Source: Candidatus Sumerlaeaceae bacterium (GTDB lineage Bacteria; Sumerlaeota; Sumerlaeia; Sumerlaeales; Sumerlaeaceae). Taken from it: 64,000 nt of DNA. Under the pieces are notes generated by a model. It was not told where the DNA came from, made no database searches, and saw nothing but the letters and a program-made list of their open reading frames with translations. Positions 1-8,972 of this stretch are shown piece by piece. Position numbers and translations under genes: made by a program. The stretch spans positions 32,001 to 96,000 of the forward strand of contig JBPCLP010000035.1 of the NCBI GenBank assembly GCA_051003195.1. Direction: 5' to 3'. Positions within the stretch are counted from its first letter, which is position 1, and every line of letters begins with the position of its first letter.

Positions 1-652
1 GGCTAACACGGCAAGACGCGCAGAAATCTGCAAGACTCACGGGCTTAAAGACGAGGCGGAGGCGTATCGGCTTGTAGCTGACGGCGTAAAGACGGGTGTC
101 CAGAAATTGCTGGGCAAGCGCCTTGCAGCGCCCGTATTGCGCGAACTCGGTTACAGCCTTGAGGGGATGCGGAAACTGGGCTATAATCATGAGTCGCTTG
201 CCGCGCTGGGTTATCTAGACAGTGCGCAGGAACTGGCAATGACAGAACCCTCTGATTCTGAAAAGCTGCGGCAGTTGCTTAAGGAAGGATGGCGTGCAGA
301 CCGGTTCCGCCAGCATGGCCACACATTGCACCACCTCAAGCGCGCCGGTTGTATGATCGTCGACCTTCAGAGTGCTGGTTTTCAGCTCGATGATCTGGTG
401 TCTGTCTATTCAGCCGCCGAGCTTAAACGATCCGGCTTCAGTATTCGGGAACTGAAGCGCTACTTCCGCGGACCGGAATTAAAGAACGCTGGGTTTGATG
501 CAACCGATATGCGGAATGCCGGTTACGGCATACGTGAGCTGATGAACTTCGGATTCAACGAGAACCAGGTCAGGATCGCCGGCTTCAGCATCAACGAACT
601 GGCGCGCGAGGGATTAAGCCGCCAGACCGTGGATAGAACGCGCCGGAGCTAA
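1..652 (+). CDS. Repeat-containing hypothetical protein, 5'-truncated by the window; ~10-aa (E/D)L(K/R)xxG(F/Y) repeats
   Basis: Frame is open from base 2 to TAA at 650-652; periodic motifs LRELGYS, MRKLGYN, LKRAGC, LQSAGF, LKRSGFS, LKNAGF, MRNAGY, LMNFGF, VRIAGFS. Confidence 0.75.
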   Translation, partial: ANTARRAEICKTHGLKDEAEAYRLVADGVKTGVQKLLGKRLAAPVLRELGYSLEGMRKLGYNHESLAALGYLDSAQELAMTEPSDSEKLRQLLKEGWRADRFRQHGHTLHHLKRAGCMIVDLQSAGFQLDDLVSVYSAAELKRSGFSIRELKRYFRGPELKNAGFDATDMRNAGYGIRELMNFGFNENQVRIAGFSINELAREGLSRQTVDRTRRS

Positions 653-762
653 ACGCGTCTGGGACAGCTGTACTGTCTTTTTTGCTTCCCTTTGATTCTG
701 CTGGGCAAAAAGGTGCTGTTAAACGGTTCTGCTGTACCAACTCATCTGTTACAAAGAGCTCT

Positions 763-1164
763 ATGCCAATGCGAAACTACCGAAGCGACGCTCAGTTCAC
801 TACAGTTATACATGCGATGGTAAAGCACAAGGTGCAGGGCACGCTATGGGACCTGTTGTCGTGGCTTGATAATGGCGCGGAGTTGCAATCCATCCGCGAC
901 ATGCTTGCGTACATTCGCCTCTTTTCGGACTTCGGTGATGCCAACCAGGGCAGGCTGTTTTTGAACCTGATCAAAGATAATCCAAACCTCAGGCTGGTGC
1001 TTCCGGACATTGCTTCTCGCTTTGTGTCTCGCGGTAAAACAACGTCTTCGACGTGGCTTGAGGAGCTGGGTGTGCTTATCCAGACATTGCATCGGGCAGG
1101 CGGAGGGCATCCCGGCGTGGAGGCAGTTCGGCGGAATGATGAAGCGTCCGATGGCGACATGTAG
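763..1164 (+). CDS. Hypothetical protein
   Basis: ORF filling the gap between same-strand genes; ATG at 763 preferred over TTG at 682; no motif recognised. Confidence 0.55.
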   Translation: MPMRNYRSDAQFTTVIHAMVKHKVQGTLWDLLSWLDNGAELQSIRDMLAYIRLFSDFGDANQGRLFLNLIKDNPNLRLVLPDIASRFVSRGKTTSSTWLEELGVLIQTLHRAGGGHPGVEAVRRNDEASDGDM

Positions 1165-1207
1165 CAAACTGGCGCGAGCGTAAATGATTGCGGAGGTGAG
1201 GTAACGA

Positions 1208-2101
1208 ATGAATTGTATCGTACTGGCAGACGACGATCCTCTTGCGCGGCGGACGCAGACGGAGTTGCTTACTAAGTGGGGATTCGACGTCGCTGCGTTC
1301 GCTGAAGGCAACGAGGCGTGGATAACTCTGGAGCGACAAACGAGTCCGTGCATCGCTTTGCTGAATTTCCGGCTGCCGCAGCTGGATGGCCTGGAAATCT
1401 GCCGTCGTTTACGAGAGCGCGCCGTTAACGTTAAGCAGCATCTTATTTTGATGGGCAACGCTGCGACACGCGAAGATGTACTGCGAGCGGTCGAAACGGT
1501 TGCCGACGATTTTGTGATTAAACCGTGCCAACCGCAGGAGCTTCGAATCCGCCTGCGACTTGGTCGGCGGCTGCTTGAGTCGCGCGAGTCCGTAGACACG
1601 CAAGCGGCCAGGGACCTGCTGACTGGGGCGCTGAATCGCGATGCAATCATGCGGGAGCTGGGTAACGAGCTTGATCGCGGACGACGTCAGCAAACACCTG
1701 TTTCAATTCTCCTGGCTTCCATAGACAATTTTGACCGTGTACAAAGAACTTATGGACCAGTGGCAGCCAACTCGATGCTGAAGGAAGCCGTGGCTCGCCT
1801 GAGCGACGGTCTGCGGCCTTACGATTCTGTCGGATGCTACGGCGAAGGTCAGTACCTGCTGGTTATGCCGGGCTGCGATGTGGCACCGGCGGAAAAACAG
1901 GCGCTACGTCTGGTGAAGCAAGTTTCGGGTAAGCCATTTGAAGTCGCGAAGGCGCCCGTGTTTGGCACTTGCACCATCGGAGTAGCAGGGACGCCGGGTG
2001 GTACCGATGTCCCGGCTGCTGAATTGGTTGGACGGGCCAACAACGCGCTTGTGGCAGCTCGCACACTTGGGGGTAACCGGGTGCAACTTGCGGGTACGTA
2101 A
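1208..2101 (+). CDS. PleD-like REC-GGDEF protein with degenerate active sites
   Basis: GGAGG upstream; receiver fold (IVLADDD, DDFVIKP); GGDEF-domain motifs RDLLTGALNR, RPYD, ANNALVAARTLGGNRV; signature reads GEGQY. Confidence 0.85.
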   Translation: MNCIVLADDDPLARRTQTELLTKWGFDVAAFAEGNEAWITLERQTSPCIALLNFRLPQLDGLEICRRLRERAVNVKQHLILMGNAATREDVLRAVETVADDFVIKPCQPQELRIRLRLGRRLLESRESVDTQAARDLLTGALNRDAIMRELGNELDRGRRQQTPVSILLASIDNFDRVQRTYGPVAANSMLKEAVARLSDGLRPYDSVGCYGEGQYLLVMPGCDVAPAEKQALRLVKQVSGKPFEVAKAPVFGTCTIGVAGTPGGTDVPAAELVGRANNALVAARTLGGNRVQLAGT

Positions 2102-2105
2102 CACC

Positions 2106-3005
2106 ATGGTTCGCAACCGTGTTTGTTATGCAGCGCTTCTGATGTTCGTTTGCGGTGCGCTAAGTGCGCGCCCGGTAGTTGCCTTACTAACGGACTTCGG
2201 CGTCAACACGGAGGCGGTCGGCCTCTGTCATGGTGCAATTGCTTCGATAAACAGTGAAATTGAAGTGGTCGATCTGTGCCATACAGTCGAAGCTTACGAC
2301 ATTGGCCTGGCAGCCTTGATGCTGCATGGGACAACAGTTTTCCCCAAAGGTAGTGTGATTGTGTGCGTGGTAGATCCCGGAGTTGGCACAAGTCGCCAGC
2401 CATGCGCACTTCGGACAAAACGCGGCCTTACCTACGTCGGTCCTAACAATGGTGTTTTTAGCTATGTGGCGCGTGAGCAGGGTGTGGAGCAATTCGTTAC
2501 GCTCGTCCCCGAACGGGTGAATCCTAAATGGCAACCTGGCACTTTCGACGGCCGTGATCTTTTCAGCCCGGCTGGTGCTTTGCTCGCCACCGATGGGGAT
2601 CTTAAGCGTGTCGGCGATTTGGCCGACCCATCGCAGCTCGTTCTTTTGCCCGAGTCGGAACTGTCAGTAGATGGCTCACGCGGCAGTATTACAGGCGTTT
2701 ACCTGCGTACGGATGAGCCATACGGAAATCTTTGGACGAACATAACCTCCGACGCGCTGACGAGCGCCAGCATACGAGTCGGGGATCTATTGAAGTTTGA
2801 GTGCGATACAGTCCGGCTCGAGGTGCCGTTCGTTATTTCATTTGGCCATGTGAAGTCAGGGCAGGCCCTTGCCTACCTGAACAGCAGCGATACGCTGGCG
2901 TTCGCGATTAACATGGGTGATTTCCGCAAGGAATATGGGCTAAAGTCCGGAACCAAACTGACTGTGCGAAAAATGAATGTGCCTGCACCTTCACAAAAAC
3001 CGTGA
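2106..3005 (+). CDS. SAM-dependent chlorinase/fluorinase family (DUF62, SAM hydroxide adenosyltransferase-like) with N-terminal signal-like segment
   Basis: LLTDFG, VVDPGVGTSR, GPNNG, TFDGRDLFSP, DEPYGN, AINMG motifs. Confidence 0.85.
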   Translation: MVRNRVCYAALLMFVCGALSARPVVALLTDFGVNTEAVGLCHGAIASINSEIEVVDLCHTVEAYDIGLAALMLHGTTVFPKGSVIVCVVDPGVGTSRQPCALRTKRGLTYVGPNNGVFSYVAREQGVEQFVTLVPERVNPKWQPGTFDGRDLFSPAGALLATDGDLKRVGDLADPSQLVLLPESELSVDGSRGSITGVYLRTDEPYGNLWTNITSDALTSASIRVGDLLKFECDTVRLEVPFVISFGHVKSGQALAYLNSSDTLAFAINMGDFRKEYGLKSGTKLTVRKMNVPAPSQKP

Positions 3006-3031
3006 GCCCCGTCCGTCCATCCGGACGGGGC
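3006..3031 (+). terminator. GC-rich hairpin, possible terminator
   Basis: GCCCCGTCCG...CGGACGGGGC immediately after the stop codon, between convergent genes; poly-T tail is weak. Confidence 0.55.
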
Positions 3032-3045
3032 CCCACGTTTATCCT

Positions 3046-3143
3046 CTAGTGTGCCGAATCAGAGGTTCCTATCCAGTTTGAGCGCGGAAGATGAGCTCAG
3101 TTCGGCACAGAACTGCTTACGAAGTAACGGTAGACCACACTTG
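3046..3143 (+). repeat. Diverged copy of a ~95-bp palindromic intergenic repeat (MITE/REP-like)
   Basis: CTAG-TGTGCCGAA...TTCGGCACA stem and ACGAAGTAACG tail; same spacing as the copies at 17300 and 29497. Confidence 0.6.
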
Positions 3144-3608
3144 CTAGTAGCACCAGTAATTGTTCTGGCCGGTCCAACCATACCATCCTTGCAGATTGGA
3201 ATCATTCCGTCCCCAACCCGGGGAATATCCACCCTGGCTATTCGCCGACCATGCGCCAGAGTGCTGACGATAGCCCTGGACACGACCCCACTGCTGGTAC
3301 TGCGCCGAGCGCCCATAGTTTTGCTGTCTCTCCCAGGTAGAGTGTCCATAATGCTGTGAATGCCGGGCCTTGACGCCAGTTTCGTCAGCTTTGTCGTCAT
3401 CATCGTCGTCCTTTTCGCGCTTCGCGGACGCCTTGGATTTGCGATCATCCTTCTCGTCTTCATCCTCCGCCCGGACAATTTTCTTTCCTTTTTTAGCCGG
3501 AATTTCCGCCTTGTCGCCGGCTTCTGCTGCAATTGCTGTTACCGGTAGTGTAAGCATCGTCGCTGCAAGCGCAGCGAGAAGAGCCAGGTTCCATTCGCTC
3601 GTTTTCAT
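3144..3608 (-). CDS. Small secreted protein with charged linker and G/Q/Y/W-rich C-terminus
   Basis: Signal peptide (MKTSEWNLALLAALAATMLTLPVTAIA-A); purine-rich RBS-like sequence upstream. Confidence 0.7.
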   Translation of the reverse strand: MKTSEWNLALLAALAATMLTLPVTAIAAEAGDKAEIPAKKGKKIVRAEDEDEKDDRKSKASAKREKDDDDDDKADETGVKARHSQHYGHSTWERQQNYGRSAQYQQWGRVQGYRQHSGAWSANSQGGYSPGWGRNDSNLQGWYGWTGQNNYWCY

Positions 3609-3698
3609 GCTTTCGCCCTTCCTGAAATATTTTCTAAGCTTCAGGTGTCGTGAAGGGGGGTGGCGCAGAGCCGTGTCAATGGCGGAAATCGTCGTTAG

Positions 3699-4406
3699 CT
3701 ACCACGCCATTACGCGGTCGATCTCCTGCTTCCAGATTGCATAGCCGGCGTTTGTAATGTGCAGTCCGTCGCGTGTGAGTTCCTCGCGCAGCTCGCCCTT
3801 CGAATCACAGAAAAGTGGATGTAAATTAACGAATGGGTACTTGAACTCTTCTGCCAGTTTACGTAGCTGTTCATTGAGCTGGCGCACAGGCTCATTATGC
3901 CTCGCAAAGTTTCCGCGGGTAGGCAGCAGCGACTGAACATGGACGGTGATCAGCGGCGCCTTTTCATGAATTGTCTGTAAAATCCGGCGATAGCCGTCCG
4001 ACAGCTCCGTAATTGTACGGCTGTCGCCCAGATCGTTAATTCCTATCATCAGGAACACGTGGGATGTGCTGCAGTCGAAGACCGAGCAGTCCAGTCGTCG
4101 TAGCACGCCTCGCTTGTCCTTCTCTATAGGGGCAAGACCGATTGTGTCTGCCCCGATTCCGCGATTGAGAACACGCCGGAAAGGGAACCATTTCGATACA
4201 TTGAACCCTTCCGTGATGGAGTCACCCAGCAGCACGACAGTCTGCATGGCTGAATTCTCGGATCGAAAGAACTCCGTTCGCTGCACATAGTGGTGCTGAA
4301 ACATTTCAAACATCGGGTTCGGCTTGTCATCTGCCGCAACATTGTGTGTTGCTAATGCCAGGGCAATGATCAGTGCCAGCGGGCGGATGGTAATGAGGTA
4401 ACTCAC
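3699..4406 (-). CDS. SGNH/GDSL hydrolase (lipase/acylhydrolase), exported
   Basis: Blocks GDSITE, NRGIG, IGIND, DGLH; signal peptide. Confidence 0.92.
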   Translation of the reverse strand: MSYLITIRPLALIIALALATHNVAADDKPNPMFEMFQHHYVQRTEFFRSENSAMQTVVLLGDSITEGFNVSKWFPFRRVLNRGIGADTIGLAPIEKDKRGVLRRLDCSVFDCSTSHVFLMIGINDLGDSRTITELSDGYRRILQTIHEKAPLITVHVQSLLPTRGNFARHNEPVRQLNEQLRKLAEEFKYPFVNLHPLFCDSKGELREELTRDGLHITNAGYAIWKQEIDRVMAW

Positions 4407-4519
4407 GGCGGCTCCATCGATAGAGTTTTAACTTAAACATCAGGGAACCGCGGGACTGAAACTCGATCATGCAACAGGCATGCTGGCTGCCCAGTTGCAG
4501 ACGCGGCTTACCTCGGTCT

Positions 4520-5533
4520 TTAAGGCGTTTCTGGTGTCGGCGGCTGCGAAGCGCGTGGTGCCGCACTCTGCAGTCGCGCGCGGTATTCTTCCGGCAAAGT
4601 CTTAATCAGTCGCTTGTCAAAAACCTGGATGTTTGCTTTGCGCCGCAGCTCCTTTAAAAGTGCTTCGCGGTTTTCTGTAAATTTCTTTTCAACCAGCAGC
4701 GCTCGCGCGCCTTGTTTTCCTTCCACGTAAAAAATGCTGGCATAACCGCCGGTGACGATTGGCGCCGTCGCCTGCCCAGGCTGCAAATCACGCGTTGCCT
4801 GGGCAAGCTCAGCCGAAAGTTTGTCCGCCGACAGATAGCCCAGGTCTCCACCATCTTCTTTGGCGCCCGGCATTCGGCTGTATTTTCGAACTCCGTCTTC
4901 GAAACTCATGCCGCTCTCGAGAATTCTTGCCGCGAGATCACGCACTTCTGCGCTGGCTTTGTCTGCTCCACCTTTGCCGGACTTCACTGGTACTGCGAGT
5001 CTCCGCAGATGCACGCTCAGCGGCAACTCACCACGTGCAGCGCATTCGGCTTCGTACTGCCGGGCGGTCTGCTCGGTTACCGAAAACCGGGATTTAACAA
5101 GCTGGTACACCTGGTAGTCCGTTTTCGCTCGCTTAAGCAGTTGTTGCTTCAACTCTTCGAGGGAAAGCTGTTCCTCGGCCAACGCAGCACGGAATTGAGC
5201 CTCGGTACCAAACTTCGTTCGTATATCGGCAACCATGGTTTCCACGTGCTGTTGCATCTCCGACTCCGGAACCTGGATCTTCCGGAGCTTGGCTGCCTGC
5301 AACAGAAGGGTTCTGTCCAGCAAGGCCCCTACGTCAGCGGTGCTTACATGATCTAACACGTCACTAAAGCGCGGACTGAACTTTCCCGAACGTTCCGCGA
5401 CGATCCTGGCCAGGTCGCTTTCGGTTAACACGTCGGAATTAACCCGCGCCATGGTACGATCAATCGTGGTGCGCGTGTACGCGAGATTTCCACTAAGTAG
5501 ACAGAAAAGGAATAAGGCGAAAAATTTATGCAC
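4520..5533 (-). CDS. SurA/PrsA-like peptidyl-prolyl isomerase (SurA N-domain plus parvulin)
   Basis: IDRTMARVNSDVLTESD, FEDGVRKYS...GGDLGY, LRRKANI. Confidence 0.85.
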   Translation of the reverse strand: MHKFFALFLFCLLSGNLAYTRTTIDRTMARVNSDVLTESDLARIVAERSGKFSPRFSDVLDHVSTADVGALLDRTLLLQAAKLRKIQVPESEMQQHVETMVADIRTKFGTEAQFRAALAEEQLSLEELKQQLLKRAKTDYQVYQLVKSRFSVTEQTARQYEAECAARGELPLSVHLRRLAVPVKSGKGGADKASAEVRDLAARILESGMSFEDGVRKYSRMPGAKEDGGDLGYLSADKLSAELAQATRDLQPGQATAPIVTGGYASIFYVEGKQGARALLVEKKFTENREALLKELRRKANIQVFDKRLIKTLPEEYRARLQSAAPRASQPPTPETP

Positions 5534-5556
5534 GGCGAGGTTTACGCAGGTTCAGG

Positions 5557-7236
5557 TTAGAACTTCACCACGACAATGGTGAGGTCATCAAACTGTTCCT
5601 GCCGTCCCCTGAATTCGAGGGTCGCCTCATGAATTTCATCCCGAAGCTCGTACACTGGAAGTGAAAGGTTGCTGCGGATAATGTCCACCAGCCGTTCCTG
5701 TCCGAAAAGCTGTTTGTGAACATTATGTGCGTCGGTCACGCCATCGGTATACATCACTAGTGTGTCACCGGTTTCCACTTTCACCGTGGCACTCTCGTAT
5801 TCCACGATATCCATTATTCCAAGAAAGCAGCCACCCGTCTGAAGAGTTTCAATCTCTCCGCCCGCCCGGAACAGTAAGGGAAAGCAGTGGCCGGCGTTTG
5901 TATAACTCAGCTCCCTCTTCTGGTGGTTATAGATGGCCAGGAGCATTGTTGCGAACATGTTATTGGTGGCATCACGGCAGGTCCATTCATTGACGGCAGC
6001 GACAATCTCTTCCACCGGTGCGTCACCCGCCTGCATGGCTTCGACACGCAGAGATGCACGAATTGAAGTGGTTAGAATGGCAGCCGCCACGCCCTTCCCG
6101 CTCACGTCTGCAACCACCAGGCCAAGGCGATTGTCCGCCATGGCAATAAAGTCGTAGTAATCACCGCCAACATGACGCGCCGGCAGGCTCATGGCCGCGA
6201 ACTCCACCCCGGGGATGTACGGGTATTCCCTGGGCAACAGGTTCATCTGGATGCCGCGTGCAATCTCCAGTTCTCTTTCAAGCTTCTGGCGCTCGATTGC
6301 CTGCTGATGCAGCCGTGCGTTCACAATTGCCATCGCAGCCTGGTTGGCAATTCCGGTGATCAGGTCGAGTTCGTCATTCGTGTAGTAAATGGTTCCAGGT
6401 TCCTGGGAGTCGACGTACAGCACGCCCAGCACCTCACCTTTACTTACCAGCGGGGCACATATCACGGAACGGATTCGCCCCATCACCACACTGTCATTTG
6501 CTGAAAAGCGCAAATCCGAAGGCGCGTCCGACACAAGGATCGCGACTTTTTCACTCATGCATCGCTCGATGATTCCGCGGCTGATGTTGATCTCGCTCAT
6601 TGTCTCTTCACGCGTCCGAACAACCACTGGCTCGAGCGTTTTGTCGACTTCATCGGACAGCAGAATTATGCCACGGTGTGGAGTAACGACCGTCCACAGG
6701 ATGTCCATGATCTTACGCAGAAGATCGCCCAACTCCAGTTCCGATCGAATGCTGTCGGCGACCTGGTAAACGACTTTCAGCCTTTTGACGGGGTCGCTGA
6801 GGATTTCTCGTTGCACCTCGACGACTGGCAGCGGCGCGGTATCGGCTTCTACGGGCTGCTCTTCGTGTTCTGCGGTCAGTTCCCCCGGTATAAGTTTGAC
6901 CGAGCTTGTCCCGGTTGCGCTGCTTGTCGGCGATGACGGGTCGTCTGGTTCTCGTTCGAAAATGATCAGCGTGTCGCCAATTAAAAGCTGGTCACCGTAC
7001 TTGAGTTTCACCCGGCCTATCAGTGGTTCTTCGTTGAGCAGCGTGCCGTTCTTGCTGCCAAGATCTTCAGCCACAAAGGAGTCGCGGTTCTGGCGCAGAA
7101 CCGCGTGATGACGGCTGACGCGCTTGTCGACTATCTGCACTGTGCTCGACGCACTGCGCCCGATGGTAATGGCTTCCCCTCGGATGGGGTACACCATTCC
7201 AGATTCGGTGCCATTTTCAATGATGAGTCTGGACAT
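5557..7236 (-). CDS. FHA-GAF-PP2C (SpoIIE/RsbU-like) phosphatase
   Basis: FHA: IGRS, VSRHHA, DLGSKNGT; GAF: GVLYVDS; PP2C: VGGDYYD, ADVSGKG, NAGH, YTDGVTD, DDLT. Confidence 0.93.
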   Translation of the reverse strand: MSRLIIENGTESGMVYPIRGEAITIGRSASSTVQIVDKRVSRHHAVLRQNRDSFVAEDLGSKNGTLLNEEPLIGRVKLKYGDQLLIGDTLIIFEREPDDPSSPTSSATGTSSVKLIPGELTAEHEEQPVEADTAPLPVVEVQREILSDPVKRLKVVYQVADSIRSELELGDLLRKIMDILWTVVTPHRGIILLSDEVDKTLEPVVVRTREETMSEINISRGIIERCMSEKVAILVSDAPSDLRFSANDSVVMGRIRSVICAPLVSKGEVLGVLYVDSQEPGTIYYTNDELDLITGIANQAAMAIVNARLHQQAIERQKLERELEIARGIQMNLLPREYPYIPGVEFAAMSLPARHVGGDYYDFIAMADNRLGLVVADVSGKGVAAAILTTSIRASLRVEAMQAGDAPVEEIVAAVNEWTCRDATNNMFATMLLAIYNHQKRELSYTNAGHCFPLLFRAGGEIETLQTGGCFLGIMDIVEYESATVKVETGDTLVMYTDGVTDAHNVHKQLFGQERLVDIIRSNLSLPVYELRDEIHEATLEFRGRQEQFDDLTIVVVKF

Positions 7237-7401
7237 GCAGAGTGAACCGGCTCGACAGAGTTTCTAAGGTATTTAAATGTGAATCGCAGGGCATGTAGTG
7301 CGGTTCAGGCACGCATTCAAGCGCTAAAGACCGGGATTGCCGCATGCACCCAATGTTCTCGGGTCCGCTGGCTGGTCTACCTCCAGCAAGTGCGCAGATT
7401 A

Positions 7402-8118
7402 CTACTCCACCGAGACGTTAGCCGTGCGACGTGACTTCCAGTACTCATAAAGTAGCGGTGTCACAGAAAGAATGATGATGATAATGACGACTTTTTCTAA
7501 ATGCCTGCGGACGATTTCCAGGTTGCCCAGGTAGTAGCCAAGCACCATCATGCTGATGACCCATCCTGCGCCTCCAAAAACATTAAAACTCAGGAACTTG
7601 GAATAGCGCATTTGCCCGGCGCCCGCAACGAGTGGTGCGAAAGTGCGGATAATCGGAACAAAACGTGCGTATATAATTGTCTTGCCGCCATGGCGGTCGT
7701 AGAAGCGCTGAGCCTTAATCAAATGGTTTTTGTTGAACAGAAAAGCGATGAGGCGATCTCTGACGCTGGTACCAGTCGTTTCCCCCTTCGTAAAAATGCG
7801 GGGGCCCATGTTATAGCCTATAGAGTAGCCAACAGCATCGCCAAGAATGGCGGCTACAATCAGGAGTGGGGCGAGTGCCCAGATGTTCAATGCGCTGTTG
7901 CTCGCGGCGCATACAAAACCTGCTACGAACAGTAAGGAATCTCCGGGTAAGAAGAAGATGAAGACGCCAGTTTCCACAAATACGATCAGAAACAGTAAGA
8001 TGTATGCAAGCCAACCCCAGCTTTGCAGAATCTGTTGGAGCGATTCAGGGTTAAAAAGTGCGCGTAGAAATTCGAGAGGGTGGTTTAAAAGCAGGTCGGG
8101 TGTCAGTTCCAATGGCAA
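7402..8118 (-). CDS. DedA/VTT family membrane protein
   Basis: FVETG, FLPGDSLLFVAG, GGKTIIYARFVPIIRTFAP. Confidence 0.93.
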   Translation of the reverse strand: MPLELTPDLLLNHPLEFLRALFNPESLQQILQSWGWLAYILLFLIVFVETGVFIFFLPGDSLLFVAGFVCAASNSALNIWALAPLLIVAAILGDAVGYSIGYNMGPRIFTKGETTGTSVRDRLIAFLFNKNHLIKAQRFYDRHGGKTIIYARFVPIIRTFAPLVAGAGQMRYSKFLSFNVFGGAGWVISMMVLGYYLGNLEIVRRHLEKVVIIIIILSVTPLLYEYWKSRRTANVSVE

Positions 8119-8281
8119 ACCTCATAATAATCTTATTAGATATCGGTGGTACAGACGCAAAAATGCAGAGCTGTCATAGATGGCAATGTAGGCGTAAAGC
8201 AAAATCGCTGGAGTGTGGTGCGCACTCGGGGACTTTGGGTGAGTAAAGATTCCCGTGACTTGAGAGCAGCAAGTTCGCCAA

Positions 8282-8887
8282 CTAAGGATTTTCCTCCGTA
8301 ATAAAGCTCGCTTGCTCGCCTTCGTCCTCGGGTACGGTGTGGCAACCGCGGCAACGCGCCTCGTAGAGATCGGCTGAGCCAATGAGTACCAGGTCAGCGC
8401 TAAGCACTTTGCGCTGCGTGCGATTGGCAGGGTTGCCACAGACCATACAGATCGCCAGCGTCTTCTCGATGTATTCGGCCCGGGCGAGAAGCTCGGGCAT
8501 CGGGTACCAGGGCAACCCCCGATAGTCCTGGTCCAGCCCGGCACAGATTACTCGAACCCCCCGCGTGGCGAGCTGCTCCACAACCGGCACAATACCCGGT
8601 CCAAAGAACTGCACTTCATCGATGCCCACGACCTCCGTGTCTCCATCGAGGTGGTCATGAATCTCTTTGGGGTCATCGATCGCAATGCACTCGACGTGCT
8701 GCTGCGAGTGCGAACTGATGGTTCCGCCCGTATCATAGCGTTTGTCGATTCGAGGCTTGAACGCCACAACGCGCTGCCGAGCAATATGCGCGCGGCGCAA
8801 ACGCCGGATAAGCTCCTCACTTTTGCCGCTGAACATGCTGCCGCAGATCACTTCGATCCAGCCGGTCTTTGACTTCATTATGTGCAT
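8282..8887 (-). CDS. tdk: Thymidine kinase
   Basis: GSMFSGKSEEL, IDEVQFF, AGLDQD, C..C zinc site, YEARCRGC. Confidence 0.96.
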   Translation of the reverse strand: MHIMKSKTGWIEVICGSMFSGKSEELIRRLRRAHIARQRVVAFKPRIDKRYDTGGTISSHSQQHVECIAIDDPKEIHDHLDGDTEVVGIDEVQFFGPGIVPVVEQLATRGVRVICAGLDQDYRGLPWYPMPELLARAEYIEKTLAICMVCGNPANRTQRKVLSADLVLIGSADLYEARCRGCHTVPEDEGEQASFITEENP

Positions 8888-8972
8888 GGAATGTGAGAAG
8901 AAGCGACTGTGGAAACCGCGTCAAAGAGAGATTGCAGCTATGCACCAGAAACGTCTGTAAAAAACCTGCTGC

